Source: an uncultured Bacteroidales bacterium (GTDB taxonomy: Bacteria; Bacteroidota; Bacteroidia; Bacteroidales; UBA7960). Taken from it: a DNA stretch of 64,000 nucleotides. Position numbers and translations under genes: made by a program. Within the stretch, counting starts at the first letter, position 1. Each line of letters begins with the position of its first letter. The notes beneath the pieces are model-generated. The model was not told where the DNA came from. It did no database searches and was given only the letters and a program-made list of their open reading frames with translations. The stretch is taken from positions 22,038-86,037 of the forward strand of contig CAYXEH010000002.1 in NCBI GenBank assembly GCA_964463915.1, in the 5' to 3' direction. Shown here one piece after another: positions 30,942 to 40,448 of this stretch.

Positions 30942-31305
30942 ACCAGAGAAAATGACCAGCCCGTAACTGCAAAACGGAATACGGGACATTTCTATGATTT
31001 TTTTGCTTCTAAAGGCATTATTTATTCAATTAAAATTCTTAATATTGTAACTACAAGTAAGGTAAACCGAAAATAATCGGTGATCTCTCCTCCCGGACTA
31101 CCGTTTTTGGGACTTCTGAAGGCTTCCTTGCCTTCAATCCAGACCAATTATTCATTCCCGGGAATGCACTGCCAGGGTTCAGACAGTGTCATTTCATCCT
31201 CAACCCGCTGAAGAACCTGTTTTCTTTTTCAGTGTACAAATCTTTCCCTGAAAGTTTTATGACAGAATCGATCTGTCCTGAAATGCCACACAAAAAAAGT
31301 AAACC

Positions 31306-31857
31306 ATGGCAAATTTAGTTGCAGAATTAAACACGTTAGACTTTAACGTCTACATCGGAGGGCCGCTTCAGGCAGCGGTCCAGGCACAACACGCCGCTTC
31401 CATGTCACAAGTCAGCTTCATCCAGGAAGTAGGCTTTGAGAATGACAAACTGCGATATGTAGATTTCGCATATAGCAAATCGATCCCAAATGAGGACAAC
31501 ACCGCTTTCGTGGAAAAAAGTGTAGAGATCAGGGTTCCGTTTCTCACCATGCTCGTGATTCCTTCATTGAGAATTGAAGAAATGACCATTGATTTTAATG
31601 CAAAGCTGACTTCCACCGAAACAGCCAATGTCTCCAAAGAGTTTGCAGCTGGTACAGAACTGGGCATCAATTTTAAGATGGTCAATTTTAAAGCCACCGC
31701 ATCCTACAAAAGAACCTCCTCGAGAGGTACCAAAACCGAGAAAACCTACAACCTGGGAGTCCACGTGCTGGCTGTCAATGATGAAATACCGGCTGGCCTT
31801 GACAGGATACTCACCATGCTCGAAGACAGCATTGCAAGTATAGAGCCAGGCACCTAA
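31306..31857 (+). CDS. DUF2589-like protein (gene 1 of the orphan three-gene operon)
   Basis: 183 aa. N-terminal helix YIGGPLQAAVQAQHAA, then VPFLTMLVIPSLRIEEMTIDFNAKL, which fits my recollection of the DUF2589 pattern. No signal peptide or TM. Ser/Thr/Lys-rich loop TASYKRTSSRGTKTEKT. Confidence 0.55.
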   Translation: MANLVAELNTLDFNVYIGGPLQAAVQAQHAASMSQVSFIQEVGFENDKLRYVDFAYSKSIPNEDNTAFVEKSVEIRVPFLTMLVIPSLRIEEMTIDFNAKLTSTETANVSKEFAAGTELGINFKMVNFKATASYKRTSSRGTKTEKTYNLGVHVLAVNDEIPAGLDRILTMLEDSIASIEPGT

Positions 31858-31907
31858 ATCGCCCCCCGGCCTGCACAATACGGGTATGTGAATTAACAAC
31901 AGAACTT

Positions 31908-32612
31908 ATGGTGAAACTCAGAGATTATATTGGAAGTATCGTTGCCAGCATCGCTGAGGCAAGGGTCATGTCGGATGTGCAAACAGTGGAAGTGGCAGAG
32001 CAATATGCACGGCACGAGCTGCTTAAACATTTCTCAGTGCCACGTATGCGAATTGAGGATGTGGAACTGACTATCCCCGTTGCCCTTGCAGCAGCGGATC
32101 CAAAAGAAACAACGGCATACTCTCCCATCGACAACAGGACTTTCAACGCCCTGGCTTACAGAGAGCTGGTAAACAGCATCGGCAGAGAAAGCCTGCCCAG
32201 GGATGTGTCACTTAAAATGCAGAAGTATCTTTCAGCAAGGACCGCCGAGCTTGAGAAGAAAATCAGGGTTTCTGCCACGACAGAGGCAGTGGACAAGTAC
32301 TGCATGGATATAGTTGACCGGGTGATGAAACTGGCAAAACAGCATAACCTGATCGAAGCAAAGCTTCAAAAAAAAATCAATCCCGAAGCAATACAGCAAA
32401 AACTCGGACAGACCCTGACAGGGGAGATTCAGTTCAGGGAGGTAAAAAAATCCCTGGAAGACTTGAATGTCGTTGCCGAATCGCACTTGCTCAGGGAGGA
32501 GAAACCCGAAAACATCATTTATATCAAGGTGAAGATCTCCGAGGAAAGCATGGAATGGAGCCGGGCTGAGAACAGTGAAGGCGGAGTGGATTCAAAACTG
32601 CTTCCTGAATAA
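31908..32612 (+). CDS. DUF2589-related protein with a long helical insertion (gene 2 of the operon)
   Basis: 234 aa. Shares with gene 1 an N-terminal YIG-helix (DYIGSIVASIAEAR) and a P-x-h-R-I-E-acidic strand (VPRMRIEDVELTIPVAL). About 110 aa of charged helical sequence lie between these and the C-terminal strands. 50-nt gap after gene 1. Confidence 0.5.
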   Translation: MVKLRDYIGSIVASIAEARVMSDVQTVEVAEQYARHELLKHFSVPRMRIEDVELTIPVALAAADPKETTAYSPIDNRTFNALAYRELVNSIGRESLPRDVSLKMQKYLSARTAELEKKIRVSATTEAVDKYCMDIVDRVMKLAKQHNLIEAKLQKKINPEAIQQKLGQTLTGEIQFREVKKSLEDLNVVAESHLLREEKPENIIYIKVKISEESMEWSRAENSEGGVDSKLLPE

Positions 32613-32629
32613 TCTAAACCGGAGAACAC

Positions 32630-33202
32630 ATGCAAAAATCCAAACTGAACCTTATTAAGTGCCTGAAAGAAATGCTTCTTGAATATCCTGATGTCGTCAC
32701 GGCTTTTGAGAAGAAAGATCCGCGGGCAAAAGACAAATTGCTCAAATGGATCAGGCAGGCTGAAACCGTCATGAGCTCTTACAACATCAGTGAGGTTTCT
32801 GAACTGGCAGGGCTAAGGAGCAAGATCATCAGCCCGCGTTTCACTGAGCATAAACGATCCTCCGCAAGAAAAATACAGACACAGGTCGCTGCATCAGTGT
32901 TATACGACATCCAACACATCGTGATTTCTGCATTAAAACCTCACGAAGATCGTGCAGAAGAATGCAGGGACGTAATCAGGCAGCTTCTGCAGATAATAAG
33001 TCAGAACGGAACGGTACAATATCGTAATGAAGTTCTTTTTGAGCATTTTGTTCTTCAAGTATGGCAGCTTATCAAAACAAATGAACAACTGCGTCCGGGA
33101 GCAGCAAAATTAAAGGCTCTGCTGCCGGACACTGACATTCATTTGCTGATTGCAGAAGAGATCAACCCCGCGGATTTTATCCCAGCCACTCACCAGGCGT
33201 AG
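32630..33202 (+). CDS. hypothetical all-helical protein (gene 3 of the operon)
   Basis: 190 aa, 17-nt gap after gene 2, helix-favouring composition. No recognisable motif, TM or signal peptide. Confidence 0.5.
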   Translation: MQKSKLNLIKCLKEMLLEYPDVVTAFEKKDPRAKDKLLKWIRQAETVMSSYNISEVSELAGLRSKIISPRFTEHKRSSARKIQTQVAASVLYDIQHIVISALKPHEDRAEECRDVIRQLLQIISQNGTVQYRNEVLFEHFVLQVWQLIKTNEQLRPGAAKLKALLPDTDIHLLIAEEINPADFIPATHQA

Positions 33203-33379
33203 TGACATCCTGTATTTGGGGAACAATACATAGACGAACGGCAATTATTCTGAACCCGATGCCGGGCAGGTTTGACAATATGGGATTATATTTCTACTTT
33301 TAAAGTTGAATAATAATCCTGCGGGAATGCTATGGAAGCATCTTCCAGCGTTCTGTTTCACAACCCGATTGAAGATATT

Positions 33380-34309
33380 ATGAAGTTTCTGAAACATTTC
33401 ATTATCCCGTTTCTTATTTTGCTTCTGGCGCTGTTCATCAGGTATATGCTCCCGCATCTGGCTTTCCTGCCGGAAGAGTTACAGACACTGATCCAAACCA
33501 TTGCTAAAATCCTGGTTATTGCCACCTTTACATGGGTAGTCATTGCGCTGATCCGTATTGCAAAGATCAACTTCCTGAAGAAATACGACATTTCCGAGGC
33601 AGACAACCTGCGCTTCAGGAAACTGCATACCCAGTACAATATCCTGGAAAAGATCCTGGTGTTTATCGTAATCATCATTGCCATCGGATTCACCCTGATG
33701 CTTTTTGAAAATGTGCGCAATATTGGCATCAGCCTTTTTGCCTCGGCAGGTATCGCCGGACTTGTGCTTGGTCTTGCTGCCCAAAAGGCCCTGGGAACCA
33801 TACTGGCCGGATTCCAGATTGCCATCACCCAGCCCATCCGTCTTGAAGACGTGGTGATCGTAGAAAACGAGTGGGGATGGATCGAGGAGATCAACCTGAC
33901 CTATGTGGTGATCCGGATCTGGGACAAACGCCGGCTGGTGGTACCCACCACCTATTTTTTGGAAACTCCCTTCCAGAACTGGACCAGGGTGTCGGCCGAT
34001 ATCCTTGGGACGGTTTTCATCTATACGGACTATACCATGCCAATCGCTGCCCTCCGTGAGGAACTGACCAGGCTGCTCAATACCCATCCGAACTGGGACA
34101 GGCAGGTGGACGTTTTACAAGTGACTGATGCCCGGGAACACACCCTGGAATTACGGGCGCTGATGAGTGCTGAAAGCTCGCCAAAAGCCTGGGAGCTTCG
34201 GGTCTTTATCCGGGAAAAACTCATCGAATTTATCCAGCGTGAATATCCTGGTTGCCTTCCCAAAACCAGGGTGTCTATGGATAAATACAATGACACCGCT
34301 AACCTATAA
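33380..34309 (+). CDS. MscS-family mechanosensitive ion channel
   Basis: The ATG at 33380 (MKFLKHFIIPFLILLL) is preferred over 33332. TM helices, then the MscS beta-domain GTILAGFQIAITQPIRLEDVVIVENEWGWIEEINLTYVVIR. Confidence 0.85.
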   Translation: MKFLKHFIIPFLILLLALFIRYMLPHLAFLPEELQTLIQTIAKILVIATFTWVVIALIRIAKINFLKKYDISEADNLRFRKLHTQYNILEKILVFIVIIIAIGFTLMLFENVRNIGISLFASAGIAGLVLGLAAQKALGTILAGFQIAITQPIRLEDVVIVENEWGWIEEINLTYVVIRIWDKRRLVVPTTYFLETPFQNWTRVSADILGTVFIYTDYTMPIAALREELTRLLNTHPNWDRQVDVLQVTDAREHTLELRALMSAESSPKAWELRVFIREKLIEFIQREYPGCLPKTRVSMDKYNDTANL

Positions 34310-34352
34310 ATTTTATATTTTTAACCCATATCCACAAAAAAGTTAAACTTAC

Positions 34353-35717
34353 ATGTTAAAATCCGTAAATCCGGCAAATAACCAGACCATTGCCACCTAT
34401 GAAGAGCACACCCCCGAGGCAATCAACCAGGTCATAGAATTAAGCGCTGCAGCCCAGGAAGCCTGGAGCGGTACAGATTTCTCCACACGCAGCGAACTCA
34501 TGCATTCCGCAGCGGAAGTGCTTCGCAACCGTATGGATGAATTTGCCCGTATGATCACACTTGAAATGGGGAAACCATTGTCTCAGTCGAAAGGAGAAGT
34601 GGAAAAATGTGCCAGGGTTTGTGCGTATTACGCGGACAATTCGAAAAAATTTCTCTCAAACGAACCCATTGCCACCGAAGCCTCCGAAAGTTATATCACT
34701 TACCGGCCACTCGGGCTCGTGCTGGCCGTGATGCCCTGGAACTTCCCGTTCTGGCAGGTTTTCCGTTTTGCTGCACCCGCCCTGATGGCAGGCAATGGTG
34801 CCCTGTTGAAACATGCATCCAATGTGACCGGTTGTGCCCTGGCCATTGAATCGGTTTTCCTGAAAGCAGGATTTCCCTCAAAACTTTTCAGTACACTGAA
34901 AGTCCCAGGGAAAAAGGCAGGTGACCTCATTGGCAACCAATTCATCAAAGCCGTCACTCTGACAGGCAGTGTGGGAGCGGGACGGGCCATTGCCTCCAAA
35001 GCCGGATCCATGTTGAAAAAAACCGTACTGGAATTGGGCGGAAGTGACCCTTACCTGATCCTTGAGGATGCTGATACAGAAAAAGCAGCCAGCACTTGTG
35101 TAACCAGCCGGCTGATCAACAGCGGACAAAGTTGCATTGCGGCCAAACGCTTCATTGTGGTCCGGTCACAGAGAGAAGCTTTTGAAAAACATGTCCTGGA
35201 AATGATGCGCCGCAAAGTGATGACCAACCCCATGGAGAAAGAATGCGACCTCGGGCCCCAGGCCAACACCTCTTTGCGCGACGAGCTGCATAACCAGGTG
35301 ATGCGCAGTATCGACCAGGGCGCCCGGTGCCTGCTCGGAGGCAAGATTCCGGATAAAGAAGGGGCCTGGTACCCTCCAACGGTATTGACAGATGTAAAGC
35401 CCGGAATGCCCGCCTATGAGAAGGAATTGTTCGGACCCGTAGCTGCCATTATTGAGGCAGAGAATAACGAAGATGCCATCCGAATTGCCAACGACAGCGT
35501 ATTCGGACTGGGTGCCGCGGTGTTTACAAAAAATATAGACTACGGCCGGGAAATCGCTGAGAAAAAACTCAACGCCGGTTGTTGTTTTGTGAATGAATTC
35601 GTGCAATCCGATCCCCGCCTGCCTTTCGGAGGCATCGGCGACAGCGGTTACGGCCGGGAATTGTCCTACCTCGGGATCCGGGAGTTCACAAATATTAAAA
35701 CAGTCTACGTAAAATAA
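34353..35717 (+). CDS. NAD(P)-dependent aldehyde dehydrogenase (succinate-semialdehyde dehydrogenase-like)
   Basis: ALDH catalytic motifs VLELGGSDP and NSGQSCIAAKR. 454 aa. Confidence 0.85.
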   Translation: MLKSVNPANNQTIATYEEHTPEAINQVIELSAAAQEAWSGTDFSTRSELMHSAAEVLRNRMDEFARMITLEMGKPLSQSKGEVEKCARVCAYYADNSKKFLSNEPIATEASESYITYRPLGLVLAVMPWNFPFWQVFRFAAPALMAGNGALLKHASNVTGCALAIESVFLKAGFPSKLFSTLKVPGKKAGDLIGNQFIKAVTLTGSVGAGRAIASKAGSMLKKTVLELGGSDPYLILEDADTEKAASTCVTSRLINSGQSCIAAKRFIVVRSQREAFEKHVLEMMRRKVMTNPMEKECDLGPQANTSLRDELHNQVMRSIDQGARCLLGGKIPDKEGAWYPPTVLTDVKPGMPAYEKELFGPVAAIIEAENNEDAIRIANDSVFGLGAAVFTKNIDYGREIAEKKLNAGCCFVNEFVQSDPRLPFGGIGDSGYGRELSYLGIREFTNIKTVYVK

Positions 35718-35724
35718 CTCCGAA

Positions 35725-37923
35725 TCACTCCGGAATTATTCCTGCAACCCTTTCCAGCAAGGTGATCGCATCACCCTGCCCTTCGAGAATATACCTGGCA
35801 TCGGTATGGGCCCGACCGACCTTTACCGACCAGGCATGGTCGGGCATGGTCTGGAACAACAACTCATCAGACCATCCGGCACCGACAGCAAGGATAAAGT
35901 CGTATTTCTTGCGGGATAGCCAGTGCATGGCCAGCTCTCCTTTGTTTACACCCGCACTGCTTACTTCGATCACCTTGCTGCCATGCAATACCTGGGCACT
36001 GTTATTGGTGGTGATGGAAAGCAGGTGGTCATTCACCTCTTTAACCAGTTGGGATGCCTGCTCCACGTCTGCCTTGTGATAGTGCCAGGCCACCGAGTAA
36101 TCACGTTCCTGGATGTATGCACCAGGCAAGCGGTCGGTGTACATTTCCAATATGGGCAATACTTCCTCCTTCCATCTTGCCGACAACGGCTTGAGCAACC
36201 GCCAGTTTTCACCCACCTCCCGGATATACGAACCATGCTCGGCTGTGAGATTCACCGGCAAACTACCAAGCCATTCCTCCAGTTCATCCTTGCCACGGCC
36301 ACTAATGATTACAATATCTGTGTTCTCCTGGGCATCCAGCTCTTTCAGCATCCACATCAGTGCTTTGGGAGGCTCGGCAGCCGAGGGGTACTTACTGTAA
36401 GGGACCAGGGTGCCATCGTAATTGACAATGATGATCCTGCTCTTTGCATTACGGTAATTGTCGAGCAGCTTCATTTGCAAGTCTTCACCCAGCAGTTTTC
36501 TTGAGGCGGCATAATTGGAGTATTTACTGGATTCTTTTAAGCTGCCCACAAAATCCGTGGCCCATTTGGTTACGTCATAACGGCGTAACCGTTCCTGCAT
36601 CAAGGTATTACCGCGCACCTGTTCCTTCATGGGAATGATCAATGCCTCGGCAATCGCATCGGCGATCTCATCAATATTGTTCGGATTGATTACCACCGAT
36701 TCGCTCAACTCTTTGGCAGCCCCGGTAAACTCACTAAGTATCAGCACTCCTTTCTGGTCTATCAGGGAAGCGATATATTCCTTGGCTACAAGGTTCATTC
36801 CATCCCGCAAGGGGGTCAGCAAGGCCACATCACTCTTTCTGTACTGGGCGATCAGCTGCTTATGTGGCAGAGAGGTGAACTGATAGATCACCGGGGTCCA
36901 GGTCATGCTGCCATAAGTGCCATTGATATAACCCACAAGCTCATCAAGCTGGCTCTTGATTTTGCGGTAGGCCCCCACGGCAACCCTGGAAGGAACCACG
37001 ATCATATACATGGACACCTTTCCGTGCCACTCCGGGTGATCCTGCAAAAACCTTTCAAAACCATATAAACGGTTGACGATCCCTTTGGAATAGTCAAGGC
37101 GGTCTACCGACAGAATGGATTTCGGCTTTCTTGCCCCGGCCTTTTTAGATGGATAAGGAGACACATCCATGGTATGAAATTTCTCAAAATCGATCCCCAT
37201 CGGAAAAGTATCCACCTCGGCCACATGATCCGGGAGGTATATTCTGCCCATATGATTGTCCATCCCCAGTATTCTCAGCACACAGCGTAAAAAGTACTGG
37301 GCGTAATCATGGGTATGAAAGCCAATCAGGTCGGCTCCCAGCAATCCTTCCAGGATCTCTTCACGGCTGCCTTTCTGAAGCATCCGGTACATTTCGTAGG
37401 TCGGGAAAGGAATGTGAAGGAAAAACCCAATGGGGTTGGATATCTTTTCGCGAAGAAGGGCGGGCAGTAGCATCAGATGATAATCGTGCACCCATACAAC
37501 ATCACCAGGACGGATCTCTTTCAGCAGTTCATCACGGAAAATTTCGTTCATCCGCTGATAGTCATGCCAGTACTCTTTTCTAAAGCGTGCGAAATGAGGA
37601 AAGTAATGGAACAAGGGCCATATGGTTTTGTTACAGAAACCCAGGTAGACATTGTCCATCAACTCCTTTGATAAAAAGACGGGGACGGCGCTGAACTCCT
37701 GGCTGACCTTTTCCCGCACGATGTCTTCATCCTTTTTATCGACACTCATGCCGGGCCATCCCATCCACACATACTCCTCAATATCACTTTCCTCATGGCC
37801 CAAAGACTTCAGGTAATCACTGAGTCCGGATACCAGCCCACCAGCGCTCTTGGTGGTCACATATTCTCCGTTCTCCTTGCTCACAGCAACCGGCAACCGG
37901 TTTGATACAATCAATAGCCTCAT
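35725..37923 (-). CDS. otsA: bifunctional trehalose-6-phosphate synthase (GT20) / trehalose-6-phosphate phosphatase fusion
   Basis: N-terminus MRLLIVSNRLPV..GGLVSGL (GT20). C-terminal HAD motif IIIVNYDGTLVPY and a T6PP-like tail. Confidence 0.9.
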   Translation of the reverse strand: MRLLIVSNRLPVAVSKENGEYVTTKSAGGLVSGLSDYLKSLGHEESDIEEYVWMGWPGMSVDKKDEDIVREKVSQEFSAVPVFLSKELMDNVYLGFCNKTIWPLFHYFPHFARFRKEYWHDYQRMNEIFRDELLKEIRPGDVVWVHDYHLMLLPALLREKISNPIGFFLHIPFPTYEMYRMLQKGSREEILEGLLGADLIGFHTHDYAQYFLRCVLRILGMDNHMGRIYLPDHVAEVDTFPMGIDFEKFHTMDVSPYPSKKAGARKPKSILSVDRLDYSKGIVNRLYGFERFLQDHPEWHGKVSMYMIVVPSRVAVGAYRKIKSQLDELVGYINGTYGSMTWTPVIYQFTSLPHKQLIAQYRKSDVALLTPLRDGMNLVAKEYIASLIDQKGVLILSEFTGAAKELSESVVINPNNIDEIADAIAEALIIPMKEQVRGNTLMQERLRRYDVTKWATDFVGSLKESSKYSNYAASRKLLGEDLQMKLLDNYRNAKSRIIIVNYDGTLVPYSKYPSAAEPPKALMWMLKELDAQENTDIVIISGRGKDELEEWLGSLPVNLTAEHGSYIREVGENWRLLKPLSARWKEEVLPILEMYTDRLPGAYIQERDYSVAWHYHKADVEQASQLVKEVNDHLLSITTNNSAQVLHGSKVIEVSSAGVNKGELAMHWLSRKKYDFILAVGAGWSDELLFQTMPDHAWSVKVGRAHTDARYILEGQGDAITLLERVAGIIPE

Positions 37924-37942
37924 AATTTTTTTGTTATTGTTT

Positions 37943-40357
37943 TTAGTCTATTTTCTTCAATGAAAACTCCTTCTCATCGTCTGTTTCGAAATAATATTTG
38001 CGTTTTCCGATCCCAATGTGCACAGGGTTTGCCCACCCTTTACAAAAACGGACCTTAATTTTTGAATGATCGATTGAAAGCCATATCCAGTGACTACGGA
38101 AACGCACATGGAATTTTACTGACCGGATGTCATCCGGAAGCCTGGGATTCAGCCAAAGTACATCATCCCGGATCTCCAGACCGGAGTAACATCGTTGCAC
38201 AAGATCCATGGTTCCTGCCATGGCACCCAGGTGAATCCCCTCATGGGTGGTCCCTCCCTGTACATCCTCGAAATCACTCATCAGTGCTTTCTTAAAGCTC
38301 TTCCAGGAACGGTCGCGGCGCGACCTGGCATATACCCAGGCATGGATCACCTGGCTGAGCGTTGATCCATGGCTGGTTCTCTGATAATAATACTCAATAT
38401 TTTTCGGAATAATATCCGGTTTGAATTCATAGCCCAGTCTTTCAAACAACGCTTTCAGTTCCTCGTAAGAGAAAAGGTAAAACAGCATCAACACATCCGC
38501 CTGCTTACTGGCTTTATAAAAATTGGGGGAATCCCCCTCACTCTCCAGTATACGGTCTAGCCGAATGGAATCACCGTACTTGCCTCGGTAATGTTTCCAG
38601 TCAAGCTCTTTAAGGTCTTCATAGCCCTCGAACTGGGAAATGATATCTCCGTCATGGAAAGGGATATACATCTTACGGGTGATCTCCTTCCATCTATCCT
38701 TGTCTTCATCCGTAATCTCCAGCTTGCGGGAAATCTCATTACAGCTGGTCTCATCCAGCAAACCCAATAACTTCAGGGCTCTCTGGATGACCCAAACAGC
38801 CATCACATTGGTATACGCATTGTTATTGAGACCGGCCTCATCCTTCCCGGGATAATGGGTATGATATTCATCCGGGCCCATTACCTTGTGAATCTCATAC
38901 TGGTCACGTTTCGGGTTATAGTGGGCAAGGTCAGACCAGAACAGGGCCGTGGCAAAAATTATTTCTGCCCCATATTCATTCAGGAAATCAACGTCGTTTG
39001 TACTCTGGTAATAATGCCAGACATTAAAAGGAATGGCGTGATTGATATGATATTGCAGCTGGCTGACATCGGGAAGCCAACGACCCGATTTCGGATTAAG
39101 ATGAAGTTCCTGGGTTTCCTCGCGGCCATTGCTGCCGCTCTGCCAGGGAAACAATGCCCCCCGGAAACCGGTCTTTCTTGCCCGCTTGTATGCCTCAGGC
39201 AGGCGCCTGTACCTGTACATCAGCAAGGATCGCGACAACTGCGGCAAATGAAGGTCAATAAAAGGTTGAATATACAATTCATCCCAGAAGATGTGCCCCC
39301 GATAGCCTTCACCGTGCCAACCCCTGGCAGGGATCCCGATGTCATAATCGATGCTGTTGGGTGAAACGGTCTGGTACAAATGAAAAATATGCAAACGCAA
39401 CACCATCTGGTCTTCCCCGGATGACTCAATCTGCATGTCGTTATAATTCCATATCCGTTCCCAGGCCATTCGCTGTAAACGGGCCATATCAGCAAAAGTG
39501 GTCAGTTCCTTTATCTTGTCTCCGGCCTCCGTAAAAGGGTCGCTGATGGCAAAATCCCTGGAGGTATATAGAACAGCGAGCTTCTCAATCCGGATCGGTT
39601 CAAGCTTCCTGCACTCCAGCCGGTAATCTCCCACTACGCAGTCTTTCAGATGTACAAGTTTATGTGTCAACCCCAGATTTTCCTGATGAATAAAAAAGCT
39701 GGTCTTCACTGCCTGATTTACACGAATATCAGATTGTTTGGAACGGCTGGTCAGAAAAAGTGAGTATTCGTCCAATTCGCCTTTATCTGTCACTTCCAGG
39801 TGATCCTGGTTCAGGTCACTGTACCTTTCCACATTGTTGTTGATCACATTCCCATCGATCCCTGATCGAATGGTCAGGCTACCAGACCAGTTTTCGGGGA
39901 TCAGGGTCCATTCCAGACCAGCTGTATGATAATCCTCCATGCTCACCAGCCTTCTGCTGATAATCGTGGTGATATTATCCTCCTTATCACGGAAACGCAT
40001 CTTGCGCTCGAGAATACCCTCATGCATATTCAGGGTAGTGATAAAACCCAGAACCTCTGCCTCAGAAAGATTAAACCACGGATCATTGCCAATCCTGAAA
40101 GTCAGATACAACCAGTTGGGCCAGTTCACCAGGTCTTCATTCTCAATCACCCGGTCCCTTACTTTGGACTTCCTCCGGTTATATCCTCCCGCCAAATAGG
40201 TGCCCGGATAATTGTAGCTATTGTCCTTTTCCATTTCCAGGGCAGCGCGGGTAACAAAATATCCATTTCCCAACGCACACAAAGCCTCCTGTAACGGATG
40301 AAACTTTTCTTCCCACTTCTCGTATTCAATCATCCAGTCCTTATCCATAAGCATCAT
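37943..40357 (-). CDS. glycoside hydrolase family 65 disaccharide phosphorylase (trehalose/maltose/kojibiose or T6P phosphorylase type)
   Basis: 804 aa, no signal peptide. GH65 catalytic-acid region GHIFWDELYIQPF. 19 nt upstream of the otsAB fusion. Confidence 0.8.
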   Translation of the reverse strand: MMLMDKDWMIEYEKWEEKFHPLQEALCALGNGYFVTRAALEMEKDNSYNYPGTYLAGGYNRRKSKVRDRVIENEDLVNWPNWLYLTFRIGNDPWFNLSEAEVLGFITTLNMHEGILERKMRFRDKEDNITTIISRRLVSMEDYHTAGLEWTLIPENWSGSLTIRSGIDGNVINNNVERYSDLNQDHLEVTDKGELDEYSLFLTSRSKQSDIRVNQAVKTSFFIHQENLGLTHKLVHLKDCVVGDYRLECRKLEPIRIEKLAVLYTSRDFAISDPFTEAGDKIKELTTFADMARLQRMAWERIWNYNDMQIESSGEDQMVLRLHIFHLYQTVSPNSIDYDIGIPARGWHGEGYRGHIFWDELYIQPFIDLHLPQLSRSLLMYRYRRLPEAYKRARKTGFRGALFPWQSGSNGREETQELHLNPKSGRWLPDVSQLQYHINHAIPFNVWHYYQSTNDVDFLNEYGAEIIFATALFWSDLAHYNPKRDQYEIHKVMGPDEYHTHYPGKDEAGLNNNAYTNVMAVWVIQRALKLLGLLDETSCNEISRKLEITDEDKDRWKEITRKMYIPFHDGDIISQFEGYEDLKELDWKHYRGKYGDSIRLDRILESEGDSPNFYKASKQADVLMLFYLFSYEELKALFERLGYEFKPDIIPKNIEYYYQRTSHGSTLSQVIHAWVYARSRRDRSWKSFKKALMSDFEDVQGGTTHEGIHLGAMAGTMDLVQRCYSGLEIRDDVLWLNPRLPDDIRSVKFHVRFRSHWIWLSIDHSKIKVRFCKGWANPVHIGIGKRKYYFETDDEKEFSLKKID

Positions 40358-40448
40358 CGTTTATTGGTCATACTTTCCTGTTCATCCAATGAAAAGGCCG
40401 TATTGCCGGCATTACCGAAACCTTTTCCGTTGGTCATTCTTTGTTCAA

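Noticed and set aside
30942-33379. Mobile-element boundaries (integrase, transposase, tRNA, direct repeats) around the central operon
   Set aside because: I found no integrase, transposase or tRNA, and no flanking direct repeats by eye. The only hint of foreign origin is the lower spot GC, so I make no genomic-island call.
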